Notes: generated by a model from the sequence alone, not told the origin. Shown: positions 1-12,460, counted from the first letter of the stretch. The stretch: 64,000 nt of DNA from Octopus sinensis (GCF_006345805.1 NC_043002.1:112716001-112780000); one strand, 5' to 3'. Program-made: numbers and translations.

Positions 1-110
1 TGTGGAGTGTTCAGCCACTTACACGTTAATTTCACGAGCAGGCTGTTCCGTTGATCGGATCAACCGGAACCCTCGTCGTCGTAACCGACGGAGTGCTCCT
101 ACTACTACAA
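1..110 (+). mobile_element. 3' end of OR1-like tRNA SINE (cut by window edge)
   Basis: Matches the tail of full copies (GGAACCCTCGTCGTCGTAACCGACGGAGTGCT), e.g. 34770-35152. Confidence 0.85.
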
Positions 111-790
111 TGTATTTGATCAGATTAAAATTATTTGAAAGGTTAAAGAAATACTTGAAGTTGCAGAACATAAAAAAATGACTGATTAAGCTACTAGTGC
201 TAATAGAGGCTGTTACTAATTATACTGAAGATCTGCTAGAACTTTTATTTCTCCTGAAAAATGAATCAGCACCAGGATTCAAAGCTTCGAAAAGTCGCCT
301 GACGCTTCTTCTGCAAGAAATGGCCACTTCTGGGTGAAGATCAACATATCAGATGCTGGGAATAACATAACTGAGCCATGGGATGAAATAAAACCCTCAA
401 ATTTCAATGGTGTTTGGAAAGAATATATGGCCATAATGTATCTTTACAAGTTCTTTACAAGCAGAAAATCTTCATCAAATTCGAAAAGATGTGATACCGG
501 CAAAAGATGTAGTTTTGATGAGGTCATAGATGAAGTGGTTGACTCGTTAGTGTACCATAGAGAAAGATTATCTAATGAGGAAGCTGATGCTGTTAGAACA
601 GGAACAAAGTGAAAATACAGATGAGAATAAGGAAATTCCACCAGCTCCAATTAAATTTTCTGCAAAGTATTGCTGAAGGTTTGGCACTTCTAGAGGATAA
701 TCTGCTTATGTTTCCTGATAACGACTCCAATTGTGAACGATCCTAAGCTTCTTAAACTTCACAGGTAATTTTAAAAAATACATAAAGTGT
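111..790 (+). mobile_element. Decayed, internally deleted Tigger/pogo-type transposase remnant
   Basis: Translates to KNESAPGFKASKSRLTLLL and FWVKINISDAGNNITEPWDEIKPSNFNGVWK, both typical Tigger DDE_1 motifs; stops and frameshifts present. Confidence 0.7.
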
Positions 791-837
791 ATGAGCTCCA
801 TTCCTGCGCAGAGTTTATACGCTTTAAGCATTAAACT

Positions 838-1298
838 ACTCTCTTACTCTCTTTTGCTCCCTTACTTGCTTCAGTCATGGGACTGTGGCCATGTTGGAGC
901 ACCACCTTTAGTCGAGCTAATCGACCCCAGGACTTATTCTTTGTAAGCCTGGTACTTACTCCATCGGTCTCTCTTGCCTAACCGCTAAGTTACGGGGACG
1001 TAAACACATCAGCATCGGTTGTCTAGCGATATCGGGGGAACAAACACAGACACACAAACACACACACACACATACATACATACATACATACATACATACA
1101 TACATACATACATACATACATACATACATACATACGACGGGCTTCTTTCAGTTTCCGTCTACCAAATCCACTCACAAGGATTTGGTCGGCCCGAAGCTAT
1201 AGTAGAAGACACTTGCCCAAGGTGCCTCGCAGTGGGACTGAACCCGGAACCAAGTGGTTCGTAAGCAAGCTACTTACCACACTGACACTCCTACGCCT
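838..1298 (-). mobile_element. OK-like SINE
   Basis: Family head with A/B-box-like motifs, TTGGGCAAGT core, internal microsatellite, and GGTGCTCCA...TGACTGAA tail. Confidence 0.85.
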
Positions 1299-1490
1299 GG
1301 AGAAGTTCTTCTCCACTCCAAGAGTTGTTAAAGATGAACTATTAGAAGGTAACCCCAGTAGCTTTCATTCCACCACCATCTCTCACGCTAATCAAGTCAG
1401 TTCACATTATGGAATTACACGCTAGAACAAACTTCTCATAAGGTGAGAGATTCCTGTGTATACTTGTACAGTATATATACAGTATCACTG

Positions 1491-1491
<1 letters not shown>

Positions 1492-1559
<68 letters not shown>

Positions 1560-1631
1560 TGATAGATAGATAGATAGATTGATAGATAGATAGATAGATA
1601 GATAGATACATAGATACATAGATACATAGAC

Positions 1632-1666
<35 letters not shown>

Positions 1667-1667
1667 C

Positions 1668-1760
<93 letters not shown>
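1492..1760. repeat. (GATA)n microsatellite
   Basis: Direct reading. Confidence 0.95.
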
Positions 1761-2230
1761 TGTTTATATGAAATGTTTAGACAAGCACACACACAAACAC
1801 ACACACAAACAAACATACACACATACACTCATACACACATTCGCATACACAAATACTAGTTCTATGTCAAGAAACTTGGCAACTTGGAAATGGACTTTTC
1901 TATGTAATTGACGGTTAGCTACGAACGAACGTAGATACCGGATTTAGCCGAATTACACAAACCACGTACATTGAAAAACAGAATAAACTTCGTTGACGTT
2001 GAAACGGAAAACTAAATGACGTAGTCAAACTAGAGGATTGCCAATTAATCTGTTCAAAGAGTTCGAGCTAAAATCTATATTAAACACAAGCCTGAAAGTA
2101 GTAACTTGTTAACATTAAATCTAAGTAGAGGCAAATATTACTACTGCCGAAAACTTCACGAGGAGTCAAGGACTCCCAACTCTATCTGCAATAGCAAAAC
2201 ACTTCACAGATAAATATAAAGAAAGACATA

Positions 2231-2638
2231 CTCTTTACTCTTTTACTCTTTTACTTGTTTCAGTCATTTGACTGCGGCCATGCTGGAGCACTGCCTTTAA
2301 TCGAGTAACTTATTCTTTTTGTAAGCCCAGTACTTATTCTATCGGTCTCTTTTGCCGAACCGCTAAGTAACGGGGACATAAACACACCAGCATCGGTTGT
2401 CAAGCAATGCTAGGGGGACAAACACAGACACACAAACAAACACACATGCACATATATATATATATACATATATACGACAGGCTTCTTTCAGTTTCCGTCT
2501 ACCAAATCCACTCACAAGGCATTGGTCGGCCCGGGGCTATAGCAGGAGACACTTGCCCAAGATGCCACGCAGTGGGACTGAGCCCGGAACCATGTGGTTG
2601 GTTAGCAAGCTACTTACCACACATCCACTCCTGCGCCT
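2231..2638 (-). mobile_element. OK-like SINE, full length
   Basis: Near-identical to many other copies in the window. Confidence 0.9.
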
Positions 2639-2806
2639 ATGTGATTTATGAAATAAATTAAAACTCCATAAAACAGTTTTATGCCGCAACAAATCTTGGC
2701 AAGGAACAGCATCGATAACAAACTGAAATACAGGAAACTACAAACATCAAAAGATGCTAAACAAATATGAAAATATGGAATAATTCTCCATACAGCTTGT
2801 ATAGAA

Positions 2807-3193
2807 GGAGGAAGCACTCCGTCGGTTACGACGACGAGGGTTCCGGTTGATCCGAATCAACGGAACAGCCTGCTCGTGAAATTAACGTCTAAGTGACTGA
2901 GCACTCCACAGACACGTGTACCCTTAACGTAGTTCTCGGGGATATTCAGCGTGACACAGAGAGTGACAAGGCCGGTCCTTTGAAATACAGGTACAACAGA
3001 AACAGGAAGTAAGAGTGAGAGAAAGTTGTGGTGAAAGAGTACAGCAGGGATCACCACCACCCCTGCCGGAGCCTCGTGGAGCTTTTAGGTGTTTTCGCCC
3101 AATAAACACTCACAACGCCCGGTCTGGGAATCGAAACCACGATCCTATGACCGCGAGTCCGCTGCCCTAACCACTGGGCCATTGCGCCTCCAC
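2807..3193 (-). mobile_element. OR1-like tRNA(Arg)-headed SINE, full length
   Basis: A box TGGCCCAGTGG, B box GTTTCGATTCC; 15-bp target-site duplication (TSD) ACAGCTTGTATAGAA at 2792-2806 and 3194-3208. Confidence 0.92.
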
Positions 3194-3338
3194 ACAGCTT
3201 GTATAGAACTACAAGTATAACAAGGGTCTTCATAATATTGATAAATACATACATCTTATTTCACATAGACTTCATACAAAATTTACTTGAAGTTCTGTTG
3301 AAGTTACGGTTGTCTGGGCAATACAGAGTCACAAATCA

Positions 3339-3505
3339 AGGCGGCGATCTGGCAGAATCGCTACCGCACCGGATAAAAATACTTAGTGACATTTTTTTCT
3401 GACTTTATGTGCGGAGTTCAAATGCCGCCGGGGTCGACTTTGCCTTTCATCTTTTCGGAGTCGTTCTCCGAAATTGCTGGCCTTGTGCCAAAATTTGAAA
3501 CCAAC
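3339..3505 (+). mobile_element. Third SINE family (family C), internally deleted
   Basis: GGCGGCGATCTGGCAGAA head, GAGTTCAAAT B box, GTCGACTTTGCCTTTCATC central domain. Confidence 0.75.
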
Positions 3506-3967
3506 ATAGAGTCACAAATCTTCAACCGTAATAAAAGGAAAATAGAATAAATGCAATGGTTGTATACTGTCAATCTAACGTGAACGTGACAGTAGGGGGT
3601 TACACCACCGCTGTTTAGCCCTAGGAAGCATCGACCCTTCCTGATGGCTTCGACACATTTTTCCTATGTCCTTATATACATTTACGAAGGGGAGACAAAC
3701 ACCCCCAGAATAAATGGAACTGTAGAAATATAGTAAACTGCATCAACATTTAAAGATGGGTGCTGAAAGAGCTAGTAGACAGAACTCACGTAAAAATAGG
3801 AAATAGTATGGAGAATATATAGAATTGAAAACATCGATAAAACTCGATATACACTCCATATTCTTTTGGCCAGATACAGGAGCAAGAGCATTTCCGCTTT
3901 CTTGTCAAAATGTATTTGACATCTAAAAGCCAGAAAAGCCGTTTTTTCCCCTCTCTCCATCTATTTG

Positions 3968-4008
3968 CTTTCTGCTGACAGAAGAGCGTAGGCTCGAAAC
4001 GTCGAAGA
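3968..4008 (+). ncRNA. Variant or decayed minimal hammerhead ribozyme motif
   Basis: CTGACAGAA, GAGC-gtag-GCTC stem II, GAAACGTC (palindromic stem III, GUC site); core has extra nucleotides. Confidence 0.45.
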
Positions 4009-4476
4009 CTTCTTCCATTGTTCTCTCACCTGTTTCTGACTTTTTGTTTTTTTTATTCTTTTATTCTGGAGCACCGCCTTTAGTCTAACAGGACTTATTC
4101 GTTGAACCGCTATGTTACGGGGACGTAAACACACCAACATCGGCTATCAAGCGATGGTGAGAGGACAAACAGTCACACACAATGTATGAAATGCGGCTGA
4201 AATATCAAATTCACCGAACAATCGTCATAGTCAAACCATGTACAACTCAGAAATTAAAGCTATCAAATATACCAGCCAATATTTTGAATGTGTGATTCAA
4301 ATCCTGCCGTGGTCGACTTTGCCTGTCATCCTTTCGGGATCGATAAGATAAGTACCAGTTGAGTACTGAGATCCATGTAATCGACTTACCTCTTCTCCTG
4401 AAATTGCTGGCCTAGTACCAAAATTTGAAATCGATATTTTGAATGCGAGAGGGGGAATTTTTTTTTTCTTACTCAG

Positions 4477-4554
4477 GAAAAATTCACATCTCAAACATCA
4501 GTGTGCTGGGACATTAGAAACATAAGCAGTCGAACAAATCAACTGAAATTCAGG
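4477..4554 (+). CDS. Candidate internal exon (EKFTSQTSVCWDIRNISSRTNQLKFR), gene unidentified
   Basis: Polypyrimidine tract + CAG acceptor, AGG|GTAAGA donor, 78 nt, only one open frame, phase 0-0. Confidence 0.35.
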
Positions 4555-4900
4555 GTAAGACGGTGAGATTTGATATTAAATAATTATTTCCAAAATTCTA
4601 GTTCAATAAAAAGAAGTGTTATATTCCTTTAAGGTGTCTCCCTTTAAAAGAATAATGTCCTCCTAACAGCTGATCAATGTTTAACGTTAATTATCGAATT
4701 CGATTTGAAGCAATCCTACATATTTTATGTGGAATATACACGACAGCCAAAGAAATGGTTATGTCTTGACGCAATCTTAGATTTTCAAATTGTTTCCATC
4801 TGATCACCTGAAATAATCTAGAAACTACGAGTACATTAACTAAGCAGACTTGAAAACATGTATTGTGTTATCTAACTTCATTCGTTTCAAAATTATATAT

Positions 4901-5299
4901 AGGAGTGGCTGTGTGGTAAGTAGCTTGCTAACCAACCACATGGTTCCGGGTTCAGTCCCACTGCGTGGCATCTTGGGCAAGTGTCTTCTGCTATAGCCCC
5001 GGGCCGACCAATGCCTTGTGAGTGGATTTGGTAGACGGAAACTGAAAGAAGCCTGTCGTATATATGTATATATATATAAGTGTGTGTGTATATGTTTGTG
5101 TGTCTGTGTTTGTCCCCCTAGCATTGCTTGACAACCGATGCTGGTGTGTTTATGTCCCCGTCACTTAGCGGTTCGGCAAAAGATACCTATAGAATAAGTA
5201 CTGGGCTTACAAAGAATAAGTCCCGGTGTGGCGTTGCTCGACTAAAGGCGGTGCTCCAGCATGGCTGCAGTCAAATGACTGAAACAAGTAAAAGAGTAA
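4901..5299 (+). mobile_element. OK-like SINE
   Basis: Full family consensus from AGGAGTGGCTGTGTGG to the AAAAGAGT tail. Confidence 0.9.
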
Positions 5300-5347
5300 C
5301 AGAATATTCGTTTTTTCTCCTCTCTCCATCTATTTTCTTTCCTCTTT

Positions 5348-5389
5348 GTTTTCTGCTGACAGAAGAGCGTAGGCTTGAAACGTCGAAGA
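5348..5389 (+). ncRNA. Duplicate of the variant hammerhead motif at 3968
   Basis: CTGACAGAAGAGCGTAGGCTTGAAACGTC. Confidence 0.4.
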
Positions 5390-5557
5390 CTTCTTCCATT
5401 GTTCTCTCGCCTGTTTCTGTCTTTATGGCTTTTTTTATTCTTTTATTCTGGAGCACCGCCTTTAGTCTAACAGGACTTATTCGTTGAACCGCTATGTTAC
5501 GGGGACGTAAACACACCAACATCGGCTATCAAGCGATGGTGAGAGGACAAATACAGT

Positions 5558-5588
<31 letters not shown>

Positions 5589-5592
5589 GCAT

Positions 5593-5641
<49 letters not shown>

Positions 5642-5914
5642 TACGATGGCTTCTTTCAGTTTCCATTAGCTATAGTAGAAGACACTTGCGCAAGGACTGA
5701 ACCCGTTTCATGGTGGCTGGGAAGCAAGCTTCTTACCAAACAGCCACACAAATACACACACATACACACACCACACACACACCACACAATATATAATTAT
5801 ATATATATATATATATACCGGAGTAAACACATAAATGTGAAACAAGGTGAAAAAAGAGTACTCAAATACCAGTGGTAGAGTAATATGCTTTATTTTAGCA
5901 GCAGAAAATTCAAC

Positions 5915-5961
5915 AAAATCTGTTACTCTGAGTTTCTCGTTGCCGTTCATCAGACAGTTTT
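5915..5961 (-). ncRNA. Minimal type I hammerhead ribozyme (left palindrome arm)
   Basis: Reverse complement of the 6001-6047 motif. Confidence 0.75.
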
Positions 5962-6000
5962 TTTGCTAGAATGGAACCGATATATCGGTTCCATTCTAGC

Positions 6001-6047
6001 AAAACTGTCTGATGAACGGCAACGAGAAACTCAGAGTAACAGATTTT
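6001..6047 (+). ncRNA. Minimal type I hammerhead ribozyme
   Basis: Stem I CTGT/ACAG, CTGATGA (6009-6015), short stem II CG-gcaa-CG, GAAA (6026-6029), stem III ACTC-a-GAGT, GUA site (6036-6038). Confidence 0.75.
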
Positions 6048-6074
6048 GTTGAATTTTCTGCTGCTTAAAATAAA

Positions 6075-6112
<38 letters not shown>

Positions 6113-6997
6113 TACGGGCTTTTTTCAGTTTCCGTCTACCAAATCCACTCACAAGGCTTCAGTCGGCCCGAGGTTATACTAGAAGACACTTGCTCAAGGT
6201 GTCACGCAGCCAAATATTGTAGAAAAACTAGGCATGCCTGTGTGGTTGAGAAGTTTCCCAATCACGTGGCACGTTTGTTGGGATGAACAATAGAATATTG
6301 AAAAGAACAAATGACACAAATCTAACCAGCAGCAATTCTAGTCTGTCTGTGGACTGAAATTAGCTCGTAGCAAGGATATTTGGTACGGAGCGTTAATTCT
6401 CACTTCGATCTGAACTTGAATCCCATAAATAGTCTATATTGAGTCTGAAACATTCGGTTTTACCCCGACAAGCATTCTATTCAATTATATATTTTACAAT
6501 GTTTGGAGTGTGCTCTCTCACACATCAAAAGTTACACACACATACGCATATCATATATATACATAACAGGTGTTGATTTGTTCACATCCCTGTAACTTAG
6601 CGGTTCGGCAAAAGAAACCGATAGAATAAGTGCCGGCTTACAAACTATAAGTCCTGAGGTCGATTTGCTCGACTAAAGGCGGTGCCCCAGCATGGCCGTA
6701 GTCAAATGACTGAAACAAATAAAAGAATAATAGAATGAAAGAATAAATAAATAACATGGCTCATGAAGTAAGACTAAATCAGGTTACAGCTTAATACCAT
6801 GTGTCTCTAAGAGTCGTCAGATAACGGATTTCTTTCATTCATCACAACGATCTAAGACGTTGGGGACAAACCAAACGAAATATTGAAAATAAAAGAAAGG
6901 TAAGAACGACAGACCGTGGGAAGGGGGACTTCATGTAAAAGGGCATAATCAATACTAATAGCGACAAATAAATAAATAAATATATATATCAGTAAAT

Positions 6998-7285
6998 GTG
7001 GAGGCGCAATGGCCCAGTGGTTAGGGCAGCGGACTCGCGGTCGTAGGATCGCGGTTTCGATTCCCAGACCGGGTGTTGTGAGTGTTTATTGAGCGAAAAC
7101 ACCTAAAGCTCCACGAGGCTCCGGCAGGGGGGGGGTGATCCCTGCTGTACTCTTTCACCGCTCTTTCTTTCACTCTTTCTTCTGTTGGCGTCATTCGAAG
7201 GCTAAAGCAATGCGAACGCATTGTGACCAGCGATGTGTAACTACATCTGATGGACTGGTCGGTCACGTGGTCACGTGACCACGTG
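6998..7285 (+). mobile_element. OR2-like SINE (OR1-like head, RTE-like tail)
   Basis: Same head as OR1-like copies but a different 3' half; 12-bp TSD ATATCAGTAAAT at 6986-6997 and 7286-7297. Confidence 0.88.
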
Positions 7286-7517
7286 ATATCAGTAAATAGT
7301 GATAACAGTAAGGGATAAAAAGAAGCATCTTCAAAACGGAGAGGTGGGCTGCCATGTCAAGTGATTCAATGCATCCCATACACAATCTAGAATTACTCTG
7401 ACGCACCGGACATGCCCTTGCCCTTTTGTCGCCATCAGTTTACAACAGCATAGTTAGAGTTCAGCTCATTTAGCTACGCTAATTTCGCCATTCACATATA
7501 CATTTCACAAAACTTAC

Positions 7518-7653
7518 GAGAAGTACTTCGCTCTCAATTTTCGTCTTTGGGTGACTCTTGATGAAGTTGATGAGGACTTTTGAGATCCTGGAATAGGTAT
7601 CGTTGACGATGCGCATTTGTGTCTCGTAACCGATTCGCATTAATGTGCATGGT
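7518..7653 (-). CDS. Candidate coding exon (PCTLMRIGYETQMRIVNDTYSRISKVLINFIKSHPKTKIESEVLL), gene unidentified
   Basis: CCAG acceptor, CTC|GTAAGT donor, 136 nt, a single open frame, many C-ending codons. Confidence 0.45.
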
Positions 7654-7682
7654 CTGGAGTTGAATAGTTGGTATGTTCGCTA

Positions 7683-7911
7683 GCGGCGAGCTGGCAGAAA
7701 CGTTAGCACGCCGGGCGAAATGCTTAGCGGTATTTCGTCTGCGTTACGTTGTGAGTTCAAATTCCGCCGAGGTCTACTTTGCCTTTCATCTTTTCGGGGT
7801 CGATAAATTAAGTACCAGTTACGCACTGGGGTCGATGTAATCGACTTCATCCGTTTGTCTGTCCTTGTTTGTCCCCTCTGTGTTTGGCCCCTTGTGGGTA
7901 ATAAAGAAATA
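7683..7911 (+). mobile_element. Family C SINE, full length
   Basis: tRNA-like head and CTTTGCCTTTCATC...GGGGTCGATAAATTAAGTACCAG domain; TSD GGTATGTTCGCTA(GCG) at ~7670 and ~7912. Confidence 0.85.
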
Positions 7912-7971
7912 GGTATGTTCGCTAGCGAAAGAGTGGGAGCAACCATTCATTTTGTATTTCGGAGCTTTCAG

Positions 7972-8051
<80 letters not shown>

Positions 8052-8554
8052 CGATGGCTTCTTTCAGTTTCCGTCTACCAAATCCCTCACAAGGCTTCAG
8101 TTTACCTAGGAAACGTGTAATGTTTCCCTCGCCTTAAAGGACTTACTTCACATAGGAACATTTTCTGGATTCCTAGTACTGTCTGTAACAGAAAACGCTC
8201 AGTTTTTGTCATTTATTCACTTATTCCTCTTCATCTGTCTTTATGTGTGAGTGTTCTTGGATAAACTTCATAAACACAAGAGACTAGAAAACCCAGTTGC
8301 AGTTTGGGAAGTGATAGAACTTGCAGTAAGTTTTTAGGTCAAGGAAGATTGCTTGAGGACAGTCTTTGCTTTTTTGAAAGTTGTCTCGCAGACATTGCAA
8401 TGGTGGGTAAATACTTATAATTTACAGATCGATGTTGGATCATTTAAATACCAAAAAAAAAAAAAAACGGGAAGGAAAAGAGATAAGAGAAAAAAGAAAA
8501 GGGAAAATGTGGTGGGAGGTAAAGCAGCAGAAGATGGAGGAAGAAGGGCGATAG

Positions 8555-8898
8555 GCCACATACCCCAGAACAAAAGGCGTGTTCAGCCGCTCTACGGAAA
8601 TTATCGCGATGGAAGTGCCGCGGAGGATGGCCAACGACACTCGCACCAGTAGCCATTCCACCTCGCGGGTTTCATTTCTCAGACAGGCTGTTCTTATCCC
8701 TATTTTGCGGAGAAAATCGGTAGTACGGGGTCCCAGAACAGCTGACGTCTCGACGGCGATTGGCACAAACTGATAGCGACCAGCTAGCCCTCCCCCCCCC
8801 CACTCGTATTTATTGATTTTTCTCTCCACCGCGTTATGGGCGATGACACCGGGGTTTGCAGCCGACGCTGCAAGATTAGTCCTTCGAAGTATTAGCAA
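8555..8898 (-). mobile_element. 3' fragment of a restriction-like-endonuclease non-LTR retrotransposon (CRE-like)
   Basis: AVERKINKY...YQFVPIAVETSAVLG...WLLVRVSLAILRG resembles the C-terminus of CRE-clade ORFs. Confidence 0.7.
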
Positions 8899-8984
8899 AA
8901 TTGTAGAGAGTAGACTGTTGCCGTTGTCTACTCACAAATCATCCCTGATCGAATGTTCTTATGCTCTAGGGACCCAGCAGAAGT

Positions 8985-9200
8985 TACTCTTTTACACTTT
9001 TACTCTTTTAATTGTTTCAGTCATTTGACTACGGCCATGCTGGAGCACCGCCTTTAGTCGGGCAACTCGACCCCGGGACTTATTCTTTGTAAGCCCAGTA
9101 CTTATTCTATCGGGCTCTTTTGCCGAACCGCTAAGTGACGGGGACGTAAACACACCACCATCGGTTGTCAAGCAATGCTAGGGGGATAAACACAGACACA

Positions 9201-9242
<42 letters not shown>

Positions 9243-9414
9243 CATATATACGACAGGCTTCTTTCAGTTTCCGTCTACCAAATCTACTCACAAGGCATTG
9301 GTCGGCCTGGGGCTATAGCAGTAGACACTTGCCCAAGATGTCACGCAGTGGGACTGAACCCGGAAGCATGAGGTTGGTTAGCAAGCTACTTACCACACAG
9401 CCACTCCTGCGCCT
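8985..9414 (-). mobile_element. OK-like SINE
   Basis: Family consensus. Confidence 0.9.
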
Positions 9415-9644
9415 ATATATATACGATGGGCCTATATATATATACGAAGTTATCCCTTTTAAGTCAGTAAAATATAATTTGAGGTAGATTTGACTGTCAT
9501 TTCTAGCGGGTCAGTGACCATATTTCACCAACCCTCTTCGCAGGAGTCCCAAGTTGCCTCGTCTAAATATAACATTATCTTCGTTCTAACACCTTCATCT
9601 TCTGCTCGTTGAATGCGAGGTGGTCTATTATGGCTGCTTTCTAT

Positions 9645-9913
9645 TGATGTCGTTGTTGTTGTTGTTGTTGCCTTTGTTGTGCTATGTTTTTGTCTCTTCT
9701 GCGCTATTTTAGTGGGGGTGGGGTGGTGGGGGTGGTGTATGTGCTTGTTTCAGTTCACATTGCTGCTGGTGCTGCTGCTGCTGCTGTTTGTTGTTGTTCC
9801 GAACCGCGTTTTTGCTCTTATCGCTCCCATTACTGCTGCTGGCGCAGTTACTGAGGGCTGCTGCTGTTGCTTCTGATAATGACGATGATGATATGATGAT
9901 GTTTATGATGATG

Positions 9914-9945
<32 letters not shown>

Positions 9946-9962
9946 GATGATGGTGACGATGG

Positions 9963-10003
<41 letters not shown>

Positions 10004-10530
10004 GTGATGATGGTGATAATGATGATGATGATGATGTTTATGATGATGATGATGATGATGATGATGACGGCGACGACGACGACGATGATGATGATGATGA
10101 TGACGACGACGATGATGATGATGATATTGTTGCCATTATTATTGTTGTTGTTGCTATTCTAAGCAAAATCGATGAAGAGAAAGAGAAAAAGAATGAAATA
10201 ACAAAACAAAAAAAAGAAAGAAAGAAAAGGTAAAAAAAAAAGAAAGACAATGCAAAACAATAGAAGCCAAAGTCCAATCATTTATTTCTCAGAGATACCA
10301 GTTGCTTCAAATTATTTCATTTCACTTCAGAAAGCTCTTAACAGTATTAACTTTTTTAATGTGTCTGTCACATTTTCGCCATCTCAATGCACTTAAGTGC
10401 ATAATCTATGAACGATATGTTTCGCTTGTTATTGCTATTGTTAGGCCTGTTGTTGTTGTTGTTCTCGTTGTTGTTATTCCATCTACTGTAGTGGTTGTTT
10501 TCTTCCTCCTCCTCCTCCTCCTCCTCCTCC

Positions 10531-10576
<46 letters not shown>

Positions 10577-10735
10577 GACCGTTGTTGTCATTGTTCTTGT
10601 TACTACCGCTACTAATATAACCACTATATTTGTTTTGTTATTGTTGCTGTCGTTGTTTTTTTTTGTTGTTACTAATACTACTAGTGGTACTGCTATTGTT
10701 GTTGTTGGTGGTGTTGTTGTTGCTGCTGCTGTTTC
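9645..10735. repeat. Trinucleotide low-complexity block: (GTT)n, (GCT)n, (GAT)n, (CCT)n, (CAT)n
   Basis: Direct reading; explains the poly-M/S/I ORFs. Confidence 0.9.
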
Positions 10736-10857
10736 AAAAAAATAACAAAAAGAATTAACACAAATAGTATAAAAAGAAAAATGTCTTAATCTAAAAACTA
10801 TTTTTAAACCAAGTTCTATATATACAGACATGACTATATGTATGTTTGTGAGCGTGC

Positions 10858-10892
<35 letters not shown>

Positions 10893-10907
10893 CGATGATG
10901 ATATATA

Positions 10908-10956
<49 letters not shown>

Positions 10957-11619
10957 TATAATATATAAGGCGTGGCTGTGTGGTAAGATGTTTGCTTCCA
11001 AACCAGATGGTTACAGGTTCAGTCCCACTGCGTGAATCTTGAGCAGGTGTCTTCTTCAGTAGCCTCGGGTAAACCATTATCTTATATTAGAAGGAAATTG
11101 AAAGAAGCCCGTCGTATACATATGTATATGTGTGTGTGTGTGTTCGTGTGTCTGTGTGTCTGTGTGTGTGTGTAGGTGTGTATATGTTTGTGTGCGTGTG
11201 AATGTATGTATAAACACATATGCATAAGCACACGCACGCACATATACACACTTCTCCATCAGTTATGTTTCTATAAAAGGATGTATATAAGTTTATATGC
11301 GACAATATTGCAATATAGATGCATATTTCTGCGACTTATATATACATACGCATTAACATATACACACGTATTTCCTTTAGCCATACATGCGCTCACAACC
11401 ATACACTCCTATGCGAGTACACATACACACATGCAAACACACACACACACACATTTCGAGAGACGTCGTTTGACACAGACACATACGTGTAGATAAATAA
11501 CTATCTAACCTATTATACATTGATATCTAAAAAATACTTTCATCATTGTGTATGTGTATGAGTGTGCCCACGTCCGTTGAATGTGTGTGTCTCTATGGTG
11601 TGTCTCAGTGAATATACTG

Positions 11620-11646
11620 ATATATAGATATATATATATATATGTA

Positions 11647-11677
<31 letters not shown>

Positions 11678-12269
11678 GTATATATATATATATATATTGT
11701 GTGTGTGTGTGTATATATATATATATGTTGTTCATATATATAATATATATATATATATACATATGTTTTCATATATATATAATGGTATGTATATATATAT
11801 ATATATATGCATGGTGGTTCATATATATATATGCATATATATACATATGTTGTTCATTTATATATAAATATATATATCATATGTTATATACACATATATA
11901 CATATGTTCATATATTATAATGGTATATATGTATATATATATATGCATATGTTGTTCATATATATTATATACTATGTTGTTCATGTATATATATATATTA
12001 TATATTATATATATATATATAATGTTATAATATAATATATATATATACATTATATACATTTTTTTAAGGATTTATATATATATATATATATATACATATG
12101 TGTTCATATATATATACATATATATATACTATATACATATAGTGTATTATATACAGTATAAATAGTATATACATACATTACATATGTATGTGTGTGTATT
12201 TGTATGTGTGTGTATACACACACAGATATATGAATATACATTTATATCTTATATAAAATATCAATATGC

Positions 12270-12302
<33 letters not shown>

Positions 12303-12460
12303 ATGTATGTATGTATAAACACACACAGTAGCATATATGTGTGTGTGTGTGTGTATTGTAGTACATTTAGATATAGTTGGATAGATACTTAGAGATGGAT
12401 ATAGATAAGGATACGTACATACGTACTTACAGATATATATGGTATATATATATATTTATA

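Larger units (their letters stand above)
5883..6080. repeat. Spacer-less palindrome (~100-bp arms) inside a (TA)n tract
   Basis: Centre CCGATA|TATCGG at 5982/5983; arms reverse-complementary apart from small indels. Confidence 0.95.

Noticed and set aside
2397-2661. Recurrent ORFs MSSNARGTNTDTQ / MLGGQTQ and MVVIPAVLFHHNF, appearing as an apparent gene family
   Set aside because: Chance frames within high-copy SINEs, with frames broken between copies
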